NCBI GenBank assembly: GCA_963806185.1
Contig: CAWDXE010000001.1
Span: 576,001-640,000 of the forward strand
Direction of reading: 5' to 3'
DNA: 64,000 nt
Source: an uncultured candidate division Zixibacteria bacterium
Lineage (GTDB): Bacteria; Zixibacteria; MSB-5A5; GN15; FEB-12
Shown here in pieces: positions 1 to 10,116 of this stretch (position 1 is its first letter; each line of letters opens with the position of its first letter). The translations under genes were made by a program, and so were the position numbers. Under the pieces are notes generated by a model that saw only the letters and a list, made by a program, of their open reading frames with translations, was not told the origin of the DNA and ran no database searches.

Positions 1-72
1 GTGCGTGAGAAAATTCAGATGGATATCCGAAAGCCAGGCGAGATGCGATACCGGTTCATCAGGTGCGGTCAT
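1..72 (-). CDS. Metallophosphoesterase (calcineurin-like, Icc/CpdA-type), N-terminal fragment running off the left edge
   Basis: Manual translation from ATG at 72-70 gives MTAPDEPVSHLAWLSDIHLNFLTH. The (L)SDxH motif is metallophosphoesterase motif I. Not in the ORF track because it is truncated. Confidence 0.7.
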   Translation of the reverse strand, partial: MTAPDEPVSHLAWLSDIHLNFLTH

Positions 73-129
73 GTTTGAATATATCGAGCAAGGCGGCGCA
101 ACTCAAGTGACCGCGCATACTCAGTTGAC

Positions 130-1146
130 TCATTCGGTCTTTCTCTGCAGCGCAATCACCGTCAGATCATCGTCGAGCGACGCCCGGCCGGTGAAACTGC
201 CGATTTCGCTCACCAGTCTATCGGCCAAGCCGCCGGCCGATTCCCGGGCGTGACGCGAAACGAATTTCTGCAGGCGCTCCTCGCCATACATGTCGTCATC
301 GTCATTTCGGGCCTCGGTGACACCGTCGGTGTAGAGCAGAAGCGTATCGCGCGACCGCAGGGTCACCGACAATTCCTCATAGGTAAATTCTTCATGCACA
401 CCCAGCACGCCACCGGTGGGCGCCAGCATTTCGGTGGTTCCGTCGGCACGCGCCAACACCACCGGACAATGGCCGGCGTTGGTGAATCGAGCGACCGTCT
501 CACCCCCCTTGCCCGGGCGAACCGCAACGCAGACCAACGAGATGAACTTGGTGATAGGTACATTGTGCACGAGCCAGCGATTCAATTTGCCGACCAGCCG
601 GCCGGGGGAGTCGATTTCCTGGGCAAGAATACGCAGAGCGCCCTGGAAATTGGACATGAGCAACCCGGCCGGAAGCCCCTTTCCCATAGTGTCGGCGATG
701 ACCACCTTCACGGAATTGTCGTCTTCGGAGCGAATGAAGTCGTAGTAGTCGCCCCCGATCGTCCGGGCCGCCAGCGCCTTCACGGCAACGTCAAACCCCT
801 CGATGACCTCGATCTTCTGGGGCAGTAACGCCCGATGGATCCGGCTGGCGAGGGTCAGCTCATCTTCGAGCGCCGCCTGTTCCTCAGGGGTGATGCAACC
901 GAGACAAACCTGACGAACCGGCTGCACCTCGAGCCGGTAGAATTCAACCGGGTCTTTGCAAGCCGCACAGGTACCGAAGGAATGGTTTTCGATGCGTTCG
1001 ATGGCGCCGCGGATTTCGGAAAGCAACGACCGGACTTTGTGTGCTTCGGCGCTATGGCGTTCCTGAAGGGATGCAAGGTAGTCGCCGAGCAGGTGTTCGC
1101 GCTCGTTGAGAATACTGCGGAAATGTTCGAATTCAGCGCTGTTCAT
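130..1146 (-). CDS. SpoIIE/RsbU-family PP2C Ser/Thr phosphatase with N-terminal DksA/TraR-type C4 zinc finger
   Basis: PP2C motifs IGGDYYDF, IADTMGKG, NAGH, LYTDGVTEA and DDLTVI. N-terminal EIRGAIERIENHSFGTCAAC...RLEVQP...CLGC matches the DksA/TraR zinc finger. Confidence 0.88.
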   Translation of the reverse strand: MNSAEFEHFRSILNEREHLLGDYLASLQERHSAEAHKVRSLLSEIRGAIERIENHSFGTCAACKDPVEFYRLEVQPVRQVCLGCITPEEQAALEDELTLASRIHRALLPQKIEVIEGFDVAVKALAARTIGGDYYDFIRSEDDNSVKVVIADTMGKGLPAGLLMSNFQGALRILAQEIDSPGRLVGKLNRWLVHNVPITKFISLVCVAVRPGKGGETVARFTNAGHCPVVLARADGTTEMLAPTGGVLGVHEEFTYEELSVTLRSRDTLLLYTDGVTEARNDDDDMYGEERLQKFVSRHARESAGGLADRLVSEIGSFTGRASLDDDLTVIALQRKTE

Positions 1147-1416
1147 GGGGGCCTCGCCTAATCTGTCGTGTACCTACTTTAAAAACGCCGGCGGCATCGA
1201 AAAGTTGCGCGAGGCAGGGGAAATGTGATGCGGGGGGCAGGAGGCAGGTGAAAGTACCTACACTGTGCTATTGGCCAATCCACGATCAACGCTCCCGCCA
1301 AACCGCGCAACGTTTGTACAAGGGGTGGCCCGGCCATTGCATTCACTCGGTCGACCTCACTTTGCTCTTGACTTCCTATCGAGTTAAGGTATCCTTCCGA
1401 GAGAAGGTTGTCGATT

Positions 1417-1444
1417 TTGACATCCCAAAGTCCCCGGCTAAGAT
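1417..1444 (+). promoter_or_regulatory. Putative sigma70-type promoter of the DUF4062 gene
   Basis: TTGACA (1417-1422), 16-nt spacer, TAAGAT (1439-1444). Confidence 0.45.
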
Positions 1445-1505
1445 ACGGACTTTGCGCTTGTCATTCTATACTTGATATCAACGTCAGTGGAAGTGTGAGG
1501 CATCA

Positions 1506-2690
1506 ATGGCCAAACTACGAATCTTCGTATCGTCCACGTGTTACGATCTGGACATTTTGCGATCTGAATTACGCCCATTCATCGTTGAAATGGGCTACGA
1601 ACCAGTAATGAGTGACTATTCTGATGTACTTTATGATCCGCGATCGCATACACACGATAGTTGCCTGAAGGAAATACCCAATTGCGATATGGTCCTGTTG
1701 ATCATTGGTTCACGCTTTGGTGGTCTGGCGATTCCTGCTGCTGTTGCAAATATTGATCTCGCTCAACTGGAGAAGTTATCGACTAAGACGACCCTTCTTG
1801 AAACAAAGGATATGTTCTCCATCACGCAACTTGAAGCACTGAAGGCCATAGAACAATCAATTCCGGTCTACGCATTCGTTGACGAAAAGGTGTTGAACGA
1901 TCATCGAGTTTATGAACGGAACAAAGACAAGCAGACTGTAATTGACCAAATTGAATTTCCATCGATTCAGAAACGAGATACGGCCCGATATATTTTTGAG
2001 TTCATTAATTTTCTCAGTCATCGCATAACCAACAACAGCATTACAGGATTTTCGCGCCTTGAAGAAATCAAATCTCATCTAACTAGCCAGTGGTCCCAAC
2101 TATTCCAGCGATTGCTGCTGGAAGCAAGAACCAAGACTCGCGAAGAAAGGCGATATCGTGATTTCTCGGAACGAATCGAGGATTTGAAGGCAATCATTCT
2201 TACATCTTTGGGCACACCGGGACTTCGTGAGACTGCAAAAGGTGCGATTCACTTTCGCCGTTTGATTTCCTTCATATCCGGACTTCGGATCAGCGATCAT
2301 CGCAAATTGCTGCTTTCAGACACTTCGTGGGATGAACTGTTGGCGCAAGCTCAAATAAAATCAATTCTGTCAGGAGACAGTGAGAAGGGACTATGGCGAT
2401 ACGAGGTCGCGCTCGTTCTTGAAGATGAAACATTCTACCGGTGCCGGATGCCACGGAGTCTATTCGACGATCTACCAAGAGAGTGGGATAACTTCAAGCG
2501 ATTGGAAATTCACGCGCGCGAAGCTATTGCAGATGCACTTCTCGAGGACAGTGGCGCCCGAGTGTTCGGTGTGCTCCGCTATTACAATAAGAATTTCAGA
2601 GAATTCTCAAGTGAGCCGCCGGCACCCCTTGCTGAATCAATTGCCGATTCAGAATCTAGCAGTGAATCAGGAAGAACAGTTGCCGATTAA
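1506..2690 (+). CDS. DUF4062 domain protein (TIR/nucleoside deoxyribosyltransferase-like N-terminus, unknown C-terminus)
   Basis: RIFVSSTCYDL..LR, SCLKEI..CD..LLIIGSRFG and SITQLE..A...IPVYAFV are DUF4062 hallmarks. The sequence looks more AT-rich than its flanks. Confidence 0.8.
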   Translation: MAKLRIFVSSTCYDLDILRSELRPFIVEMGYEPVMSDYSDVLYDPRSHTHDSCLKEIPNCDMVLLIIGSRFGGLAIPAAVANIDLAQLEKLSTKTTLLETKDMFSITQLEALKAIEQSIPVYAFVDEKVLNDHRVYERNKDKQTVIDQIEFPSIQKRDTARYIFEFINFLSHRITNNSITGFSRLEEIKSHLTSQWSQLFQRLLLEARTKTREERRYRDFSERIEDLKAIILTSLGTPGLRETAKGAIHFRRLISFISGLRISDHRKLLLSDTSWDELLAQAQIKSILSGDSEKGLWRYEVALVLEDETFYRCRMPRSLFDDLPREWDNFKRLEIHAREAIADALLEDSGARVFGVLRYYNKNFREFSSEPPAPLAESIADSESSSESGRTVAD

Positions 2691-2755
2691 TTGCGCACAG
2701 TCGTCAGGTAACTGGCTTCGTTAGGGTTGCGGCACCAGTTAGCCGTTCAGACAGG

Positions 2756-4456
2756 TTGGCGTGTGCTACCTATCATAAGAGACTCGCACTCAACTACCAC
2801 TACGACAAGAACGACAATCTCGATACCCTGACATACCCCTCCGGCAACAAAGCAGCATATACGTATGACTCGGCCAACCAGGTCATTCGGGTTCGACTCT
2901 ACTCATCCGGGCAGTGGCAAACGATTGTCGACAGCGTTCGCTACGCTCCTTTCGGCCCGGCTGAATCCTGGCTATTGGGTAACGGTATGACCTGCTCGGC
3001 AGGACTCGATTCGCTCTACCGTCCCACCTTGATTAGCACTTTGCCCGATTCCCTGGTAAGTCTGCAGTATGGGTATTCCGCGACAAGTGATGTTACACAG
3101 GTCACGGACCAGATTGACTCATCGGCCAGTCGCGAGTACACCTACGACGACAGCTATCGACTGATTGGTGCCAAGAGTGCCGACTACCCAGATACTCTGC
3201 TGAGAATTGGTTATCTGCGAAACGGCAATCGAGATACGTTGCTTAGCTTTACGCCAACGGGCGTGGATACATCGGTGTACACCTACACCGGCAATAGACT
3301 AACATCCGTCAACGGCGCGAATAGCCTCAGTTTCAGTTACGATGCCGTTGGCAATGTAACCCGCTTGATTCAGGGCATCGACACCACCACTTTCCAGTAC
3401 AACAGGGCCGGTCGGCTGGTGAGCATCAATAATGGTGCTATCGCCAGCTATTCCTACGACGCCTGGCATCGCCGGGTGAAAAAGGTGGTGTCCGGCACGG
3501 ATACGACAAAGTATGTGCCTGGAGCGGATGGTCAGTTGTTGTCGGAATATCATGGTGCAACCGGTTGGCGGCGTGACTACATCTATCTTGATGGTCAGTT
3601 AATCGCTCGCGTCAGCTCAGCGGCCGGCGAGAGGGTATTGTGGGTGTTGGGCGATCACCTCGGGACGCCGCTGATGATAGTTGACTCGGCGAAGACGGTG
3701 CGCTGGAGTGCGAAACGGTACCCATTTGGAGAGATATATAGCGAGGTTTCGTCGGCCACCAACGACGTAAGCTTTCCTGGCCAGTTGCGTGATGCCGAAA
3801 GTGGGTTATACTATAACTGGCATCGGTATTATAGTGCGGAGTTGGGGAGGTACCTGCAGTCCGACCCGGTGGGGTTGAACGGGGGGATTAATCTGTATGG
3901 GTATGCAGGCGGGAATCCGCTGGCGCAGATCGACCCATACGGATTGTATTCGTGGGGAGATTTTGGGTATGATGTAGCGCAGGCACTGATTGCGATAGGA
4001 GACGAATCTAGCGGAGGGATAACAACATGGATCAGAAGTCAGAGCTGGTACGGCGGAGATAGCTTCACCAACAAATGCTCAGGCGCCTATGAGCTGGGGG
4101 TATGGACGGCACGCGGAATAGCGCTTCTCCTCAACAGAAGGACAAGTTTCGGATTCGCAGGAGCCCCAGCGCTCGTTGGCCAGACCCATCACGCGGTATC
4201 ATGGAAGATATTCCAATCTTTAGAGGGTCATTCCCTGTTGGGGGGACTATATAGATACCGTGACACCAGATTCGTCACAAGGGCTGTCAACCAAGCTTCA
4301 CATATCGGTTATCAGCGGTGGCATCGTGAGTTGGACACAGAGATAGTGGCTTGGATAGAAGGACATCCGTCCGCAACTGCTGAGGAATTTGAGACTCTTC
4401 TGAAAGCTCGATATGCGTTGCCTGATCTACTGACGCGATTTCCGAAGGGAATCTGA
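2756..4456 (+). CDS. Rhs/YD-repeat protein, N-terminally truncated, with Rhs core and C-terminal toxin domain
   Basis: YD repeats, DHLGTP, FPGQLRDAESGLYYNWHRYY, and the cleavage motif GGNPLAQIDPYGL ending at 3946. The C-terminus has THH...HIGYQRWH. Weak TTG start and no signal peptide. Confidence 0.88.
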   Translation: MACATYHKRLALNYHYDKNDNLDTLTYPSGNKAAYTYDSANQVIRVRLYSSGQWQTIVDSVRYAPFGPAESWLLGNGMTCSAGLDSLYRPTLISTLPDSLVSLQYGYSATSDVTQVTDQIDSSASREYTYDDSYRLIGAKSADYPDTLLRIGYLRNGNRDTLLSFTPTGVDTSVYTYTGNRLTSVNGANSLSFSYDAVGNVTRLIQGIDTTTFQYNRAGRLVSINNGAIASYSYDAWHRRVKKVVSGTDTTKYVPGADGQLLSEYHGATGWRRDYIYLDGQLIARVSSAAGERVLWVLGDHLGTPLMIVDSAKTVRWSAKRYPFGEIYSEVSSATNDVSFPGQLRDAESGLYYNWHRYYSAELGRYLQSDPVGLNGGINLYGYAGGNPLAQIDPYGLYSWGDFGYDVAQALIAIGDESSGGITTWIRSQSWYGGDSFTNKCSGAYELGVWTARGIALLLNRRTSFGFAGAPALVGQTHHAVSWKIFQSLEGHSLLGGLYRYRDTRFVTRAVNQASHIGYQRWHRELDTEIVAWIEGHPSATAEEFETLLKARYALPDLLTRFPKGI

Positions 4457-4460
4457 GAAT

Positions 4461-5105
4461 ATGAAGTTCTTTGTGTTACATAATCCAAAGATCGGCGACA
4501 ATGACGCTGTCACGGATTACGACCTTTTCGGAAGGGTCAATCGGGGTGAAGCGCCTGTCTGCTCGGCATGCGGTACTCCCACCGGCATGCTACCTTGGTT
4601 GCCACCATATCGCGTGGCTATTCGGTATTGGGGAGGTCGCCACGGTGATCTGGCTTTCTTCATGGATTACCTGCTGGCGTCTGGCCGATTCGTAGAGATG
4701 TTCCTTCAGGAGAAGCTCGTCGGATTGGAATTCATCGCACCGGTACAAATCCTCAAGATCATACCGAAGAGGATGGCTGCGAGCGCTCCGCGCTACTGGG
4801 TGAGCAAAGTCATTCGGGGAAATGGCATTTTCGATCCGGCTGCATCAGAAGCGGAGTACGGCCGTCCGGCAACATGCCTGACATGCCGACAAGGGCACAA
4901 CCTCCTCAAGCTGAAGCGATACGCCATCCTGCCTGATACGTGGGGTGGAGAAGATCTCTTCGTACCTCAGGGCCAGGCCGGATTCATTCTGGCTTCAGAA
5001 CGTTTCAAGGAGTTTGCAGAGCGACACAAGTTCCTGAATGTCGCTCTGAAGGACGCTATGGATTATCCGATCGACTACACTTTCGCAGACCGAAAAGGAA
5101 CTTAG
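4461..5105 (+). CDS. Probable immunity protein (double CxxC motif, Imm11/myxobacterial double-CXXCG-like)
   Basis: Starts 4 nt after the Rhs stop. Contains CSACG and CLTCR plus TWGGEDLF...ILASERFKEF, typical of double-CXXCG immunity proteins. Confidence 0.7.
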   Translation: MKFFVLHNPKIGDNDAVTDYDLFGRVNRGEAPVCSACGTPTGMLPWLPPYRVAIRYWGGRHGDLAFFMDYLLASGRFVEMFLQEKLVGLEFIAPVQILKIIPKRMAASAPRYWVSKVIRGNGIFDPAASEAEYGRPATCLTCRQGHNLLKLKRYAILPDTWGGEDLFVPQGQAGFILASERFKEFAERHKFLNVALKDAMDYPIDYTFADRKGT

Positions 5106-5170
5106 AAATCCCTCGGCTCGAGTAATTGTAATTTCCGCGCGGGGGCACGGACATTCACCGTTTATCTGGT

Positions 5171-5197
5171 CGGCGGCAACCCCTCGGGGTCTGCCGC
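5171..5197 (+). terminator. GC-rich stem-loop after the immunity gene (possible terminator)
   Basis: GGCGGCA-ACCCC-TC-GGGG-TC-TGCCGCC hairpin with no clear U-tract. Confidence 0.3.
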
Positions 5198-5342
5198 CTA
5201 TCAGGTTGGCGCGGAGTCTTGCGTGAATTAGACCAGGCTGGAAATCGACCGAAATTGTTGGTATCTTCTTTCGTGCGTAGCACTGCCTGAGTTAGTGTCA
5301 TTGTCGGGACAATCGATTCATAGGTAATCATCGCGGAGGCGT

Positions 5343-6309
5343 TTGTTGAAAGCCATCATACGCACCAAATACGGGTCGCCGGATATACTTGAACTGCGGG
5401 AAATAGACAAGCCGATCCCGAAGGACAATCAAGTACTGGTGAAAGTACGTGCGGCGTCGGTAAACCCGCTCGATTGGCACGTACTGCGCGGCAAGCCCTT
5501 TATTGTCCGGATCATGGGCTTTGGGCTTTTCAAACCAAAGCACCAGGTACTCGGGGCCGACATTGCCGGCACGGTTGAAGCGGTCGGCAAGAACGTGACT
5601 CAGTTCAAGGTGGGTGACGAAGTCTTTGGCTCAGGCTTGGGAGGTTTCGCCGAATACGCGTGCTGTGCTGAACACAAGTTCGTGTTGAAACCGGCCGGCA
5701 TGAACTTTCGAGCAGGCCGCGGCCGTACCGGTTGCGGGACTCACCGCCCTTCAGGGTCTCAGAGATCACGGTCGGATACAGGCGGGACAACGGGTCTTGA
5801 TCAACGGAGCATCGGGAGGCGTCGGCACCTTTGCGGTACAGATAGCCAAAGCGCTGGGCACGCACGTTACCGGCGTGTGCGGTACCCGAAATCTGGAGAT
5901 GGTACGGTCGCTGGGGGCCGACAAGGTAATTGACTACACCAAGGAAGATTTCACACAGGGCACGGACAGATACGATCTGATTCTCGATAGCGCGGCCTCC
6001 CGTTCGATACTCAAGCCATTTCGCGTCCTGAGTCATCGCGGAGTCTATGTGATGATCGGCGGTGCCTCGGTGGGTTTCTTGCAGGTGGTTATTCTCAGGC
6101 CATTGCTCTCAAGGAAAGAGGGGCGAACAATCGCTTCGATGCTAACTCAGGTGAACCAGACGGACCTGGCTTTCCTGAAGGAGCTGATAGAGAGCGGCAA
6201 GGTGGTTTCGGTCATTGACCGGACGTATCCACTGAGAGAGACTCCTGAGGCGATCCGCTACATGGAAGAGGGGCATGCGCGGGGAAAAGTCGTAATCAGC
6301 GTTCAGTAA
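5343..6309 (+). CDS. NAD(P)-dependent MDR-family alcohol dehydrogenase / quinone oxidoreductase, split by one frameshift near 5707
   Basis: ORFs 5343-5933 (YGSPDIL, VRAASVNPLDW) and 5797-6309 (INGASGGVGTFAVQIAK, GHARGKVVI) join if one T is removed from AACTTTCGAG. Confidence 0.88.
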
Positions 6310-6353
6310 TAGCTAGTTCCTCTGATGGGTGTCTCCGCCCCCCCACTTCCCCC

Positions 6354-6382
6354 TTGCCAACCGTCGCCAAAATAGGTAACTT
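6354..6382 (+). promoter_or_regulatory. Promoter for tRNA-Leu/tig
   Basis: TTGCCA (6354-6359), 17 nt, TAACTT (6377-6382). Confidence 0.6.
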
Positions 6383-6400
6383 ATTGCCCGACAACAGCAC

Positions 6401-6482
<82 letters not shown>

Positions 6483-6698
6483 ATTGATTATTTAGCACTA
6501 TCTTCTCCCCACTGCCGACGGGACACATTCGATTCGTCGACCCTGGCGCAACGGTCGAGCAGACATTTCATCCGGGGCAGCGTGCACCGGCCAGCCTGCT
6601 CTCTGCTCTGAGCAGACGGTCGGGCCGGGCGGCAAGCGAACTTTGAAGCCGCACCACAGTTGTAGGCGAAAGAACATGAGATACGGAGCAAGCAAGAC

Positions 6699-7973
6699 GT
6701 GAAAGTTGAACTTAAAGAAGTCGACAACCTGACCCGCGAGCTCTCGATTGCAATCGACGCAGCTCAGGTCAATTCCGAAATGGAGAAGAAATTCATCGAG
6801 GTCCGCAGCAAGGTGACCCTCAAGGGGTTCCGCAAAGGCAAGGCCCCCATGACGGTTGTCAAATCAATGTACGCCGAACAGGTGAAAGCGGACGTGGTTG
6901 ATGAGTTGATTCAGTCGACCTACCCGGAAGCGGTTCGTGAAAATTCCCTTAAAGTGGCCTCGCGCCCGATGGTTACTAACCTGAATTTCACCGACGACGG
7001 CGGGTTGGTCTATACTGCCAAGGTCGAGATCCTTCCCGAGGTGGAGTCAATCGACACCACCGACATCAAGATTTCGGGGCAGGAGACCGAGGTAACGGAT
7101 GCTGAAGTCGACGAAGTAATGGCCCACCTGCGCAAACGGTTCTCCGAACTTCGCCCGGTGGAACGTCCGGCCCAGATTGACGACGTCGTGATGGCCGACC
7201 TGAAGAAGCTGGCCGATCCGTCACTCGCCCTGGCGGCAGACAATTTCCCCAATTCTGAAATCGACCTTGGCAACAATCTCACCGTAAAAGAACTAAGGGA
7301 ACAATTGCCCGGCCTGAAGGCGGGCGACGAGAAAGAGATAGAGGTCGTGTATCCCGACGATTATTCTGACGCTACCTTTGCGGGGGCCCGGATTACTTAT
7401 CTGTGCCACGTCAAGGCGGTCAAAGAGCGTATCTTACCGGAGCTTGACGACAGTTTTGCCAAGCTGACCGGCCAGGGCGAGACGATGCTGGAGCTTCGCC
7501 TGAAGATTCGTCGGGACCTCGGCGAGCACAAGAAGGAACAGGTCACCCGCCTGCACAAGCGGGAGGTAATTTCGCAGATAATCGAAAAAAACCAGATACC
7601 GATACCTGAGGGCCTGGTGACCGAGTACCTGGATTCGGTAGTTGAAGACCTCAAGAAGGACGGTCAGCCGGTGGACGAGCAGGAGGTTCGTAAACATTAT
7701 CACCAAATCGGTGTTGAATCAATGCGGTGGGATTTTGTCTGGCACAAGCTGGCGGACATGGAAAAGATTGAAGTTTCTCCGGCAGATACCGAAAACTGGA
7801 TAAACAGGTTCGCTGCCCGCAACGGCGCAACCCCGGAACAGGCGCGCGACATGCTCAACCGGTCCGGCAAAATAGGCCAGCTTCGGGAATCGATTCTGGA
7901 AGAACGGATTCTGGATTGGTTGATCGGCAAGGCGACGGTTGTCCCGGTATCCAAAGTGGAGAAGAAGAGCTAA
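6699..7973 (+). CDS. tig: Trigger factor
   Basis: Ribosome-binding signature LKGFRKGKAP, 424 aa, tig-clpP-clpX synteny. Confidence 0.95.
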   Translation: MKVELKEVDNLTRELSIAIDAAQVNSEMEKKFIEVRSKVTLKGFRKGKAPMTVVKSMYAEQVKADVVDELIQSTYPEAVRENSLKVASRPMVTNLNFTDDGGLVYTAKVEILPEVESIDTTDIKISGQETEVTDAEVDEVMAHLRKRFSELRPVERPAQIDDVVMADLKKLADPSLALAADNFPNSEIDLGNNLTVKELREQLPGLKAGDEKEIEVVYPDDYSDATFAGARITYLCHVKAVKERILPELDDSFAKLTGQGETMLELRLKIRRDLGEHKKEQVTRLHKREVISQIIEKNQIPIPEGLVTEYLDSVVEDLKKDGQPVDEQEVRKHYHQIGVESMRWDFVWHKLADMEKIEVSPADTENWINRFAARNGATPEQARDMLNRSGKIGQLRESILEERILDWLIGKATVVPVSKVEKKS

Positions 7974-8012
7974 GGGAATAGAGCCGGTGTCACGCCGGCA
8001 AAGAAGGAAGGT

Positions 8013-8636
8013 ATGGATCATACCATTAAGAACAACTATCTCATTCCAATGGTCGTCGAGCAGACTGGCCGCGGCGAGCGGGCGTATGATATTTTTTCGC
8101 GCCTTCTCAAGGACCGCATCATCTTCATCGGCACACCGATCGACGACGGCGTGGCGAATCTGGTGATTGCCCAATTGCTGTTTTTGACGGCAGAAGATCC
8201 GGACAAGGACATTTTCATTTATATCAACTCTCCGGGCGGGTCGGTGACCGCCGGTATGGCGGTGTACGACACGATGCAGTTCATCAAGCCGGATATCGCC
8301 ACCACCTGCATGGGCCTGGCGGCCTCGATGGGCGCCTTCCTGCTCGCCGCCGGTACCCCCGGCAAACGGGCGGCGCTGCCGAACAGCCGGATCATGATTC
8401 ATCAACCGCTGGCCGGCACGCAGGGGCAGGTTTCGGATATCGTGATCATGACGGAGGAATTTCTCGGCACCAAGAAGCGACTCAACGAGCTGCTGGCCAA
8501 GCATACCGGTCAGCCGATTGAGCAGATCGAAAAAGATACGGATCGGAACAACTTCATGTCTCCGGACGATGCACAGCGGTACGGCCTGATCGACAAGATT
8601 TATTACACAAAAGGTATTGTGCCAAAAGCAGGCTGA
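8013..8636 (+). CDS. clpP: ATP-dependent Clp protease proteolytic subunit
   Basis: [29 protein letters not shown] and IMIHQP. Confidence 0.98.
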   Translation: MDHTIKNNYLIPMVVEQTGRGERAYDIFSRLLKDRIIFIGTPIDDGVANLVIAQLLFLTAEDPDKDIFIYINSPGGSVTAGMAVYDTMQFIKPDIATTCMGLAASMGAFLLAAGTPGKRAALPNSRIMIHQPLAGTQGQVSDIVIMTEEFLGTKKRLNELLAKHTGQPIEQIEKDTDRNNFMSPDDAQRYGLIDKIYYTKGIVPKAG

Positions 8637-8672
8637 GATCAGGCCCGACGGATTGCTGTAAGATAGGATATT

Positions 8673-9950
8673 ATGGCGAAAGATTTTTCAGAGCGTCTGA
8701 CGCAACGCTGTTCGTTTTGCGGAAAATCGTACGGCCAGGTCAAGCGGCTGTTTTCCGGCCACGAGGCTCACATTTGCAACGAATGCGTGATCCTTTGCGG
8801 CGATTTGCTGCAGAGCGCTCCCGACACCGAGCAAGTCGAGGAGATTCAGAATCTCCCCCGTCCGGCGGAGATCAAAGGCTTCCTCGATCAATACGTCATC
8901 GGCCAGGAGGAAGCCAAGCGCACGGTCTCGGTCGCGGTGTACAATCACTACAAGCGGATCAATCACCAACTGCGCATGCGCCCGTCGGGGAAAATTCCCC
9001 GCGAAGGCATGGATATCGATCTGGAAAAATCCAACATCCTCATGTTGGGACCGACCGGTACAGGAAAGACGCTCATCGCCCGATCGCTGGCAAAATTCCT
9101 CAAAGTGCCATTCACCATCGCCGATGCGACCGTCTTGACCGAGGCCGGTTACGTAGGTGAGGACGTCGAGAATATTCTCGTGCGCCTCTTTCACGCCGCC
9201 AATTTCAACGCCGCCAAGACCGAGCGCGGCATCATCTATATCGACGAGATCGACAAGATCGCCCGCAAGGACGGCAATCCGTCGATCACGCGCGACGTCA
9301 GCGGTGAAGGCGTCCAGCAGGGACTATTGAAGATTCTCGAAGGCACGGTTGCCAATATTCCGCCGAAAGGCGGGCGCAAGCATCCCGAGCAGGCGTTTGT
9401 GCAGGTCGACACGACCAACATCCTGTTCATCTGCGGAGGCGCGTTTGACGGACTGGAGAAGATTGTCGCCCGGCGTCTCGGCAACAAAGTGATTGGATTC
9501 GAGGTCGACGAGCGGCTCATTGACCACAAGTCGGCCGATATTCTGGATAGTGTCATTCCGGCTGATCTCATAGAATTCGGCTTGATCCCGGAGCTGGTGG
9601 GTCGCCTGCCGGTGGCCGCGGCGCTTCGCCCGTTGGACGAGGCGGCCCTGCTTTCCATCCTCACCGAACCAAAGAACGCGCTGACTAAACAGTACGCCCA
9701 CTTGCTTCAGATGGAAGGGGTCAAGCTGACCTTTGAGCCGGATGCTCTCAAGGCGGCAGTTCATCAGGCCCTGCAGAAAAAAACCGGCGCCCGCGCGCTT
9801 CGGTCGATCTTCGAGCGGGCGATGCGCGACGTCATGTTTGACATACCCTCGCAGCCTGAAGTGGCCGAAGTGGTCGTGACCGAAGAGACGATCACGAAGG
9901 GTGTCCGTCCGCGCCAGATCATGAACTCTGAAAAAAAGAAGGCCGGTTGA
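8673..9950 (+). CDS. clpX: ATP-dependent Clp protease ATP-binding subunit
   Basis: CSFCG zinc finger, GPTGTGKT Walker [11 protein letters not shown] and [10 protein letters not shown]. Confidence 0.98.
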   Translation: MAKDFSERLTQRCSFCGKSYGQVKRLFSGHEAHICNECVILCGDLLQSAPDTEQVEEIQNLPRPAEIKGFLDQYVIGQEEAKRTVSVAVYNHYKRINHQLRMRPSGKIPREGMDIDLEKSNILMLGPTGTGKTLIARSLAKFLKVPFTIADATVLTEAGYVGEDVENILVRLFHAANFNAAKTERGIIYIDEIDKIARKDGNPSITRDVSGEGVQQGLLKILEGTVANIPPKGGRKHPEQAFVQVDTTNILFICGGAFDGLEKIVARRLGNKVIGFEVDERLIDHKSADILDSVIPADLIEFGLIPELVGRLPVAAALRPLDEAALLSILTEPKNALTKQYAHLLQMEGVKLTFEPDALKAAVHQALQKKTGARALRSIFERAMRDVMFDIPSQPEVAEVVVTEETITKGVRPRQIMNSEKKKAG

Positions 9951-9969
9951 TCGGCAGACGTAGGAAAGC

Positions 9970-10077
9970 ATGAAAAAGGGATTCAAGGTGGCGGGCATTC
10001 TGACGTTGATTGCCGCGGCAGTCGGCTTGGTGACGTGGCTGGTATCGCGCCGGACTACCAATCGGACTTTTCTCTAG
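9970..10077 (+). CDS. Small single-pass membrane protein (35 aa)
   Basis: AGGA RBS then MKKGFKVAGILTLIAAAVGLVTWLVSRRTTNRTFL*, starting 19 nt after clpX. Below the ORF-track length cut-off. Confidence 0.5.
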   Translation: MKKGFKVAGILTLIAAAVGLVTWLVSRRTTNRTFL

Positions 10078-10116
10078 GTCGTTTCGCGGTTACGCGATTT
10101 AGACTTGCCAGATTTC

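Noticed and set aside
2706..2744. TAAC...GTTAGCC hairpin after the DUF4062 gene, resembling an integron attC site
   Set aside because: Only about 35-40 nt, shorter than known attC sites. The inverse core does not fit RYYYAAC, and there is no second copy or integrase in the window.
6483..6698. Possible ncRNA between tRNA-Leu and tig
   Set aside because: Only short GC-rich hairpins, with no recognisable family motif.
7719..10061. Long antisense ORFs over tig/clpP/clpX, and similar shadow ORFs over the RND, rtcB, men and kdp genes
   Set aside because: They overlap well-supported conserved genes on the other strand or frame and have no recognisable motifs, as expected in GC-rich DNA.
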